Virus record (IMG/VR): IMGVR_UViG_3300030010_000014
Location: 1-29,441 of that record
Reading direction: 5' to 3' (one strand)
DNA length: 29,441 nucleotides
DNA from: a virus
Taxonomy: Duplodnaviria; Caudoviricetes
Shown piece after piece: positions 8,038 through 15,069 of the stretch (positions are counted from its first letter, which is position 1; each line of letters opens with the position of its first letter). The notes beneath the pieces were generated by a model. The model ran no database searches and was not told where the DNA came from. It was given only the letters and a program-made list of their open reading frames with translations. The translations under genes were made by a program, and so were the position numbers.

Positions 8038-8372
8038 ACGCCGGACGAAGCATCGCCACCGTGGCTGTCGTAGCGGCGGTCGCGATGGGGTTCGGCGCCT
8101 GCAGCAGCCCGCGGCCCGAGTCGCCGCAGAAGCCGGCGATCCTCCAGGCCCTCGACCCGTGGGCCGAGTTCATCACCGACGTGACGCAGCAGAGCGAGAT
8201 CACGGCTGTCGTCGAGACGACCCTCAGCAGCACTGACGACCTCGACTACGGGCCGGCCATCGGAATGTGCGACACGATCGCGATCACCGACGACCTCGAC
8301 CCGGTGGAGGTCGTCATCATCGAGTCCGCTGGCGGGAAGACGATGCGCTCCTGCCTCGTCGGCCTGGACTGA
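8034..8372 (+). CDS. Lipoprotein, putative superinfection exclusion
   Basis: MNAGRSIATVAVVAAVAMGFGAC: basic N-region, hydrophobic core, lipobox Cys; located between immA and int. Confidence 0.7.
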   Translation: MNAGRSIATVAVVAAVAMGFGACSSPRPESPQKPAILQALDPWAEFITDVTQQSEITAVVETTLSSTDDLDYGPAIGMCDTIAITDDLDPVEVVIIESAGGKTMRSCLVGLD

Positions 8373-8377
8373 CGTCG

Positions 8378-9541
8378 ATGGCGCATGTTGAGGACCGATG
8401 GACCACGCCGAGCCCCGCCGGGAACGGACGCACCCGCACCGACCGCTACGGCGTGGGCAAGCGGTGGCTGGCGACGTGGGCCGAAGCCGACGGCGTCCGC
8501 CGGCGCAAGGCCTTCACCACGAAGAACGCCGCTCTTGCATGGCTCGAAGACGTCGGTGTTCAGCAGCGGACCGGCACCTACATCTCCCCGGCGGCCAGCT
8601 CGACCACGGTCCGCGCGGTGGCGGAACGCTGGTACCTCGAGCAGGTGCACCAGCGGGCGACGTCACTGCGGCAAGTCCGGGGCCGGCTCGACCGGTACAT
8701 CCTGCCGACGCTCGGCGATGTGCCCTGGTCGGCGATGACCCGGGGCCGCGTGCAGGCCGCTGTCACGGTGTGGGCGGGCAAGCTCGCGCCGTCGACCGTG
8801 CGCGTGACCTACGTCTACCTGGCGGGGATCTGCACTCTGGCTGTCGAGGAGCGGCGCATCCACACCAGCCCGTGCCGGCGGATCAACCTGCCGCCGGTGG
8901 AAGCCGGGCCGATCGTCCCGCTCAGCGTGTCGACCGTGCAGAAGGTCGTGGACGGGGCTGACCCGCGCTACCGGCCGCTGTTCATCCTCGCGGCGGCGTC
9001 GGGCCTGCGGATCGGCGAGCTCGTCGGGCTCACCTGGGACCGGGTCGTCGATGGCGAAGACGGCACCGCGGCGCTGCGCGTCGACCGGCAGCTGCTGCGT
9101 TCAGGGTCGGCCACGGCGCCGAAGTGGGGGCCGCCCAAGACCCCCGGGAGCGTGCGGACGGTGCCCATCGGCAAGACCACCCGCGCCGTGTTGGGTGACC
9201 GTGGCGAGGGCCTGGTGTTCACCACCCGCCGCGGCGGGGCCATGATGCCGAAGGTCACGTGGCAGGTCTGGCACGCTGCGGCGGACCCGGCCGGGATACC
9301 CGCGGGAGAGGCGTGGCATGCGCTGCGGCACTTCCACGCGTCGCTCCTCATCGCCGGCGGCGCCTCCCCGGTCGCTGTGGCGCATCGCCTCGGCCACCGG
9401 AATCCGGCGGAGACGCTGCAGACCTACGCCCACCTGTGGCCCGACGACGATGAGCGCATGCGTGACACGGCGGACGGCGTCGTGCTCCTACCCAGGTCTG
9501 AGGACGATCTCGCAGCCTCCGCAGAGCCACCGGCGGCGTAG
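8378..9541 (+). CDS. int: Tyrosine integrase
   Basis: Catalytic set GLRIGE (R), KTPG (K), HALRH (HxxR), LGH, TYAH (Y); N-terminal arm-binding region. Confidence 0.96.
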   Translation: MAHVEDRWTTPSPAGNGRTRTDRYGVGKRWLATWAEADGVRRRKAFTTKNAALAWLEDVGVQQRTGTYISPAASSTTVRAVAERWYLEQVHQRATSLRQVRGRLDRYILPTLGDVPWSAMTRGRVQAAVTVWAGKLAPSTVRVTYVYLAGICTLAVEERRIHTSPCRRINLPPVEAGPIVPLSVSTVQKVVDGADPRYRPLFILAAASGLRIGELVGLTWDRVVDGEDGTAALRVDRQLLRSGSATAPKWGPPKTPGSVRTVPIGKTTRAVLGDRGEGLVFTTRRGGAMMPKVTWQVWHAAADPAGIPAGEAWHALRHFHASLLIAGGASPVAVAHRLGHRNPAETLQTYAHLWPDDDERMRDTADGVVLLPRSEDDLAASAEPPAA

Positions 9542-9543
9542 AG

Positions 9544-9687
9544 GCGCAGGTCAGAGGCCGTTCGCGCAGAACCCGGCGTATCGACTGACTCATCCGCACC
9601 ATAGGGGCCCGGACCTGCACATTCACCGCCGCGCGCGCCGGGTGATGGGGGCTGGTCGAACATCTGTCCGTAGCCGCTGACCTGGGC
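9544..9687. repeat. Inverted repeat pair flanking candidate attP
   Basis: GCGCAGGTCAGAGGC (9544-9558) and GCCGCTGACCTGGGC (9673-9687), 13/15 complementary, immediately after int. Confidence 0.5.
9656..9671. promoter_or_regulatory. Candidate LexA (SOS) box
   Basis: TCGAAC-ATCT-GTCCGT versus actinobacterial consensus TCGAAC-N4-GTTCGA; upstream of ORF 9730. Confidence 0.45.
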
Positions 9688-9729
9688 TTTCTGTCTCTTG
9701 CTGTGTCTTCTAGCCTCCGTGGAGCCACC

Positions 9730-9978
9730 ATGATGAGCGCCCCCGACAGGCCCGCCGAGCAGGTTCTCTCCGCTGCGGCGGCGATGGACCGGGCCCGCGC
9801 CGAGGGCCTGCCGGACGAACTGCTGGCGACGATGCTCGCAGCACGGGACGCCTGGTGGGAGCAGGGCCCCTGGCCGGACCGGATGGACCTGGCGGCGGTG
9901 CTGGCGCATCCGGCGTCGCGGATGGTCGACGAGGTGCTGTGGCGGGCCATCCGCCGGCGGGTCGCACCCCGTCCGTAG
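9730..9978 (+). CDS. Hypothetical protein (82 aa)
   Basis: RBS GGAG at 9721, candidate -10 TAGCCT at 9711; helical protein with high-GC codon use. Confidence 0.65.
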   Translation: MMSAPDRPAEQVLSAAAAMDRARAEGLPDELLATMLAARDAWWEQGPWPDRMDLAAVLAHPASRMVDEVLWRAIRRRVAPRP

Positions 9979-9992
9979 AGTCGGGTCAGCGA

Positions 9993-10071
9993 GGGGCTGG
10001 ACGGTTTCGACGGTCACCGACAACCGCATGCGGACGTGGGCCGGACTCGGGTTCGACTCCCGGCAGCTCCA
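9993..10071 (+). ncRNA. Mini-tmRNA: tRNA-like domain only, no tag reading frame
   Basis: GGGGCTG/CAGCTCC acceptor stem with G3.U70 and A discriminator; unpaired tmRNA-type D-loop GACGGTTTCGAC; helix CGGTCAC/GTGGGCCG; GAC linker; T-arm TCGGG-TTCGACT-CCCGG; -10 TAGAGT at 9976-9981. Confidence 0.85.
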
Positions 10072-10072
10072 C

Positions 10073-11254
10073 TCACTCGGTGATGAGCCGCAGCCCGTCC
10101 CAACGGCCCTGGTCGTCGACCGTGAACGTCAGTAGGCCGGCCTCCACGTCGGCGCCGCCTTGTCCGTTCGCCCACCAGGCTGAGCCGTTGTCCAGGGTGG
10201 GGGCCTGCATCCACCATCGGGCCTTGCCGTCGATCGCTCCGGACGGCTGCACGCGCAGATGATGGAAGTGCCCGGAGACGAGGATGCTGGCGGCGGCGAG
10301 GGGCCCACCGCCGTGCGTCTGCTTGGCCCACCAGTCGGGCAGCCGGTCCGGGGTGTTGGCCTGGTGGCCGTGCGCCATGCCCACGACCGCGCCGCGGACC
10401 TGCAGGGCCAGAGACTCCACCCACGGGTCCGGGATGACGAACGTCACGTCATCACGGCCGGCCATGCGCATGGCGCGGGCGACGGTCTTGTGGGTGAGGA
10501 TCCCGAAGTCGTCGCCCGGGCGCCCCAATCGGTCCTTCCCGCGTCGCCAGGCACCGTGGTTCGACGGCACCGTGGCCACACGGGTCCAGGTGTGCTTGGC
10601 CGCGACCATGGAGACGATCTCGGTGAGGACGACCTGTGCGAGGTCCAGCTGATCCGGCAGGGACAAGTCGTCGGTGTGCAGCTGGCTCCCGGTGTTCTCG
10701 AAGCCCTCCGTCAGATCGCCCGGGTCAAGCACCAGCGCGTCCTCGCACCGCTCCTGCCGCATCACGACCTCGAGCCCAGCCAGCAGCTGCTCGACGCGGG
10801 CGAGGAACGCCGGAGTCCCGCCCCGATGGTCGACCTTCCCGACCTGCGCATCCGACACCACGACCACCCGGGTCCTGCTGGCCGTGGCCTTGGTGGGGCG
10901 CCGGCGGTTGCCGCGCACGACCCGGACGAGGCCAGGCAGGTCACCGTCAGCCCGGACGGACTCACGGTCACGGATGCCGAACCGCACGTACACCAGCGGC
11001 TGCTCAGGGTTGCCCCAGTAGCGGACCTGCTGGATCTCCACCCGCCGCGCCTCGGGGATGTCCAGGGTGGTGACGCGCTTGATCTCGGCCCGCCACGCGG
11101 CCTCATCCTCGGGGATCTCCGTGACCTGCACGGTGACCTCGACGGGCTCACCAGCCTCATACCGCACCCCCGGCTCGAAGCCCGAGGGGGCGGAGCGGAT
11201 CGGGCTGATGTGGGGTGCGACCTGCGCGGCCCGGACGTCGTCAGCGAGTCCCAC
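10073..11254 (-). CDS. Calcineurin-like metallophosphoesterase
   Basis: Motifs SDAQ (DxH variant), GDLTE, SNHG, AHGH, GHFH. Confidence 0.88.
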   Translation of the reverse strand: MGLADDVRAAQVAPHISPIRSAPSGFEPGVRYEAGEPVEVTVQVTEIPEDEAAWRAEIKRVTTLDIPEARRVEIQQVRYWGNPEQPLVYVRFGIRDRESVRADGDLPGLVRVVRGNRRRPTKATASRTRVVVVSDAQVGKVDHRGGTPAFLARVEQLLAGLEVVMRQERCEDALVLDPGDLTEGFENTGSQLHTDDLSLPDQLDLAQVVLTEIVSMVAAKHTWTRVATVPSNHGAWRRGKDRLGRPGDDFGILTHKTVARAMRMAGRDDVTFVIPDPWVESLALQVRGAVVGMAHGHQANTPDRLPDWWAKQTHGGGPLAAASILVSGHFHHLRVQPSGAIDGKARWWMQAPTLDNGSAWWANGQGGADVEAGLLTFTVDDQGRWDGLRLITE

Positions 11255-11477
11255 AGGAGCAGTCCCCCCTGCGGTGACGCGCGACGGTCTGCTGTCGCAC
11301 CACGTGGCCCTCAGCTGTCAGAACCCGCGCGATCGCCGCCGCTGAGAGCGCGCGATCCGCGAGGACAGTGTCGAGCTCAGCCCGGTCGGACCCGCTCAGC
11401 TGGTCCTGGATGAGCGCGATCGAACAGGCGAAGCCAGGGTCTCTCTGCGCCGACTGGACGCGATCTCGCAGGCTCAC
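11241..11477 (-). CDS. Small HTH-like protein ending HRRGDCSC
   Basis: GTG 11477 with RBS GGAGG; SAAAIARVL..EG.VVRQQTVARHRRGDCSC; overlaps phosphoesterase start. Confidence 0.7.
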   Translation of the reverse strand: MSLRDRVQSAQRDPGFACSIALIQDQLSGSDRAELDTVLADRALSAAAIARVLTAEGHVVRQQTVARHRRGDCSCGTR

Positions 11478-11590
11478 GAGTCCTCCCTCATCAAGGGCAA
11501 CCCCACCGTCAACCGCACCACACTGGCCGGCAGGCCCGTGAGCCTGCACACCCACGCCACCAGGGCCTCGATCGTCTCCTCGGCGTTCAC
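11474..11590 (-). CDS. Small hypothetical protein (38 aa)
   Basis: MNAEETIEALVAWVCRLTGLPASVVRLTVGLPLMREDS; GTGA overlaps at both ends. Confidence 0.5.
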   Translation of the reverse strand: MNAEETIEALVAWVCRLTGLPASVVRLTVGLPLMREDS

Positions 11591-11967
11591 TTCCCCGAGG
11601 CAGCGGAGCGGGCCTCATCGAGCGCAGCCCGCAGAGTCGTCACCTGCTCGGACAGGAGCTCCGCGTAGGCGGCCCAGTCGACGACCGTGGTCGGCTTGTC
11701 GCGGCCCTCGATCAGGTTCTGCAGCTTCGACACCAGGGCCACCGTCGCGGCGCCCACGACGCCGATCGCAGCCACCAGGCCAGCCGGCAGGGACATGCCT
11801 GGGTTGATCTGCGTGAGCCACGCGTTCACCGCGGACTCCACCGGTGGGATCGCCAGCACGGTCACCGCCAGGGCGGTCGCGGTCAGGCCCTGCAGACCGG
11901 TGCGCAGAGCACGCTTGGTCGACTCCCGGATGGTCTTCCACCGGTCGGTGACGGCGATGTGGGACAT
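11587..11967 (-). CDS. Holin
   Basis: KRALRTGLQ motif, two hydrophobic helices, SKLQNLIE; RBS GAGGAGG; in lysis cassette. Confidence 0.75.
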   Translation of the reverse strand: MSHIAVTDRWKTIRESTKRALRTGLQGLTATALAVTVLAIPPVESAVNAWLTQINPGMSLPAGLVAAIGVVGAATVALVSKLQNLIEGRDKPTTVVDWAAYAELLSEQVTTLRAALDEARSAASGK

Positions 11968-11982
11968 GGTGACCTCCTCAGG

Positions 11983-12339
11983 TCAGTCGGTGAGGGTGTG
12001 ACGGTCGGGTGGGGGCGGGGGCTTGCCCGCCCAGATGTGCGCGCGGAGTTCGTCGATGTACACGCGGTCGGCCTCCCGCTGCCGCTCAAGCGCATCCACA
12101 CGCACGGCCAGCGCCTCGCGCGCGGTGCGCTCATCGGCCAGGCCATCGCTCAGCTGGTCGATCAGTGCGTCGCGGTCGGCGATGGTGTCGCGGCGTCCCG
12201 ACGCCTCGTCCTGGCGTGCGCCCCGCTCATCGGCGCGGACCCCAAGGCGGTACGAGACGCCGGCGGTGATCGCGGCGGCGAGGACCGTCGAACCGAGGAG
12301 CGCGGCGAGGGCCGCGAGGGCGATCTGGACGCCGCTCAC
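11983..12339 (-). CDS. Membrane-anchored coiled-coil protein (lysis cassette)
   Basis: GTG start VSGVQIALAAL...; N-terminal TM, coiled coil, YIDELRAHIW..KPPPPP. Confidence 0.75.
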   Translation of the reverse strand: MSGVQIALAALAALLGSTVLAAAITAGVSYRLGVRADERGARQDEASGRRDTIADRDALIDQLSDGLADERTAREALAVRVDALERQREADRVYIDELRAHIWAGKPPPPPDRHTLTD

Positions 12340-12776
12340 GATCGAGCTCGTCGGCGGACTCGGATCGCCATCGCTGAGGTGCGGCTGGCGAAGACGCTCA
12401 GGTCCAGGGCGCGCAGCAGGCAGGACAGCGCGGCGATGGTCATGACGGCCGCGGGGGCGATGCGACTCGGCAGGTCGTCCACGGTGGCCCACACGCCGAC
12501 GGCTCGGGCCGCGAACGCGAACGCCAGCGCGGCGGAGGCGACGAGTTCCCAGCGCCAGCGCCACGCGATGACGGCCAGGGCCCCGATCGTCCCGGAAGCG
12601 AGCGCGAGCCAACCCCACACCAGCACCCACGGCACACCCACGGCGTCCGCGATGACGTCGGAGCGGACCCACACGTCACCGATGCCCACGACCACACCGA
12701 GGGCGTAGATCGCGACACGGGCGAGCCGGCCCGCGACCTGAGCCCAGCGGGGCAGCCCCGAGTCGGGCATGGTCAC
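12336..12776 (-). CDS. Multi-pass membrane protein (lysis cassette)
   Basis: About four hydrophobic segments; GTGA-coupled at both ends. Confidence 0.75.
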   Translation of the reverse strand: MTMPDSGLPRWAQVAGRLARVAIYALGVVVGIGDVWVRSDVIADAVGVPWVLVWGWLALASGTIGALAVIAWRWRWELVASAALAFAFAARAVGVWATVDDLPSRIAPAAVMTIAALSCLLRALDLSVFASRTSAMAIRVRRRARS

Positions 12777-12913
12777 GGGCACCCCCATCCCCAGCTGATG
12801 GTTGCGTCACGGATCGGGTCCAGCACCAGCCAGACCACGCCCGCGAGCGCCACCGCGGACAGCAGGGCGCCGAGCAGTACGCCGGCGGCGATGGCGGCCA
12901 TGTCGCGGATCAC
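12773..12913 (-). CDS. Small single-TM protein (46 aa)
   Basis: MIRDMAAIAAGVLLGALLSAVALAGVVWLVLDPIRDATISWGWGCP; GTGA overlaps with endolysin stop and next start. Confidence 0.55.
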   Translation of the reverse strand: MIRDMAAIAAGVLLGALLSAVALAGVVWLVLDPIRDATISWGWGCP

Positions 12914-14052
12914 GAGATGCCCAGAGCGCGACGCGTCTTGGGTCCGCAGATGCCGTCGACCTCGAGAACGGCGCGGCGCTGGAACTCGCGGACGACGGCC
13001 TCGGTCGCCGGTCCGTAGAGACCGTCGACCGTGAGGCGGGAGTAGGCGGGGTAGTTCTTGTTGAGGACCCGCTGGAGCGCCGACACCTCGGCGCCGCTGG
13101 ATCCGCGTCGCAGCACGGCACCGGAAGCAGCGGGGGCCGGCGCGGGCTTGTTGGCGGCGAGGTCGCGTGCGAGCTCGGTCTGGGTTGCGGGCCCGGCGAG
13201 GCCGTCGATGACGAGGCCGTTGGCGAGCTGGAAGGCGCGCACCGCGGCGAGAGTCGCCGGGCCGAAGGAACTGTCGAGCGCGCCCGTGTAGTAGCCGAGC
13301 GTCTTGAGGCCGGTCTGGAGCGCCAGGACCGCGGGACCGGTGTCGCCCTGCTGGAGCCAGTTCTTGACGCCGCCACCGTTGCCGACGGGGGCCGTGGTAG
13401 CGGGTGTGGTGGTGACAGGGGTCGTCGTCCCACCTGCGAGCGCCAGCGCCAACTCCAGGACGCGCGGCATCTGCCCGATCTTCGCGTTCCCGGGGCAGAT
13501 CTTCCCGGCCGACTTCGAGTAGCGCATCCCGCCGCCACGCTGCTCACGACCGGCGAGGATGGACGGCAGGGCCGGGAAGTTGCCGTTGATGCCGAGGCGG
13601 TGCCAGGACAGGCCCTTCGACTCCTCGCCGACCTTCGAGGACGTGGCGAGCCGGAGCGGCACCTGCGGGGTCTGCTGGTGGACCCACCAGGCGATGTACG
13701 CGAGGGCGCGGAGCTGGCCGTCGTCCCACGGCTCAGCCTGGGCGTTGTTCACGCCGCCCTGGGTCTCGACCGAGAACGTCCCGTCGTTGCCGTCCAGGTC
13801 GGCTGCGGAGTAGTTGTCCAGCGGGAGGTACTGCTCGATGGTCGCCATCGCGCCGGCGGCGAGCTGCTCAGCGGTGCTCTTGCGGACGTAGGCGTGGGAG
13901 CAGACGCCGGCGCCGGAGAAGTAGCCGAACAGGCTGGACGCCTCGGACACGGCGACGTGGTCGTTGACCCGGTTGTGGAAGGGCCGCGGGCCACGGTGGT
14001 GCTTGGGGATCTCCTTGCGGATGGCCTCTGGCATCCAGAGCAAGTACGTCAC
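12910..14052 (-). CDS. Endolysin: amidase domain plus two PG-binding domains
   Basis: NDHVAV, SHAYV, SVETQG, SWH, KICPG amidase motifs; two LxxG..G..V.ALQ...DG..GP.T repeats; GTG 14052 with RBS GGAGG. Confidence 0.92.
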   Translation of the reverse strand: MTYLLWMPEAIRKEIPKHHRGPRPFHNRVNDHVAVSEASSLFGYFSGAGVCSHAYVRKSTAEQLAAGAMATIEQYLPLDNYSAADLDGNDGTFSVETQGGVNNAQAEPWDDGQLRALAYIAWWVHQQTPQVPLRLATSSKVGEESKGLSWHRLGINGNFPALPSILAGREQRGGGMRYSKSAGKICPGNAKIGQMPRVLELALALAGGTTTPVTTTPATTAPVGNGGGVKNWLQQGDTGPAVLALQTGLKTLGYYTGALDSSFGPATLAAVRAFQLANGLVIDGLAGPATQTELARDLAANKPAPAPAASGAVLRRGSSGAEVSALQRVLNKNYPAYSRLTVDGLYGPATEAVVREFQRRAVLEVDGICGPKTRRALGIS

Positions 14053-14088
14053 GGTGGCCCTCCACATGCTGTGTGCTTCCTGACGCAC

Positions 14089-14110
14089 ACCATGTGGGGG
14101 TGGGTGTCAC
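14089..14110 (-). promoter_or_regulatory. Late promoter-like motif upstream of endolysin
   Basis: GTGACA-CCCACCCCCA-CATGGT. Confidence 0.55.
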
Positions 14111-15069
14111 ACGCCCCCTTGCCGCTGCCGCAGTGGCCACGAGCCACCATGGCCACCGGCCTGACGCTGCCGCAGCGGCCACCCATCCGCACCGGACAGG
14201 GACTGACGCTGCCGCAGCCGCCACTGCCCTCCACCCGGTGTCACGACCCGGTACCGGGGTGGCCGGTACACCGCCGACGCCTCAACGACGGCGAACTCCA
14301 CGATCGTCTGATACGCCGTGACGGCGCGATCCCCGGACTCCGGCGCCGGATACTCAAACAGCGCCGGCGGCCCCCCACCCTCCCAGGCGGACGACACCGT
14401 GAACGCCGACGGCTGCCCCAACGGCAGCACGCACTCACCGCTGGCGACATCACTGCCGTCGCTGATCACGCTGGCCTGAGCGATCAGCGACCCACCCAGC
14501 AGGGTCCCGACATCCGGGAACGACCCCACCCCGATCGACCCCGGGTCGGCCCCATCCAGGCTGGCCACACGCCGCACTGACCCGGTGATGGCGAAGCTGC
14601 TCAAGATCCCCGACACCCAGGTCTCCTGGACCTCAGCGATCGTCTCGCAGGAGACCACCACGGTCGCATCCGACACGTACTGGCCGTCACCCTCGAACTC
14701 GACGGTCGCCCCGTCAGGAGCCGTATCGGGTCCGACCTGCGGATAGGAGGCGGGTGAGGCTGTGACCCAGCCGATCCCGCGGTGGAGCTCATACCACGGC
14801 GGACCATCCCCGGTCAGGCCACCCGACGTGGCGCGCGTCAACCCGGCCCGGCCGAACCACGCCAGAGTCGACGCGGGAATGACACCTTCCACCGACCCGG
14901 CGGCCCCGGAGCGGACCTGCGACCACGACAGCATCATCGGGTTGTACAGGCCAACCCAGCCGCCCGGGAAGGTGTCTCCGGAGAACAGTCTCTGCTCGAC
15001 ACCAGCCGTGAGCGCAGCGTCCACCGGCAGCGTCTGATCCGGGGGCTGCACCCATGGGCCCTTGCCCAT
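14107..15069 (-). CDS. Minor tail protein with three C-terminal WxLRQRQ repeats
   Basis: ATG 15069 (TGATG overlap); beta-rich; last gene of tail block. Confidence 0.75.
   Translation of the reverse strand: MGKGPWVQPPDQTLPVDAALTAGVEQRLFSGDTFPGGWVGLYNPMMLSWSQVRSGAAGSVEGVIPASTLAWFGRAGLTRATSGGLTGDGPPWYELHRGIGWVTASPASYPQVGPDTAPDGATVEFEGDGQYVSDATVVVSCETIAEVQETWVSGILSSFAITGSVRRVASLDGADPGSIGVGSFPDVGTLLGGSLIAQASVISDGSDVASGECVLPLGQPSAFTVSSAWEGGGPPALFEYPAPESGDRAVTAYQTIVEFAVVEASAVYRPPRYRVVTPGGGQWRLRQRQSLSGADGWPLRQRQAGGHGGSWPLRQRQGGV
14119..14223 (-). repeat. Three 21-nt repeats at 42-nt period encoding WxLRQRQ
   Basis: Units start at 14119, 14161 and 14203 (core CGCTGCCGCAG..GCCA), in frame. Confidence 0.85.

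Noticed and set aside
9993-10071. Ordinary tRNA-Ala
   Set aside because: No D-stem and no 7-nt anticodon loop; D-loop and GAC linker are tmRNA-type.
14119-14223. Mini CRISPR array or DGR repeat
   Set aside because: Only three in-frame units conserved at protein level; no cas or reverse transcriptase; no adenine-specific variation.
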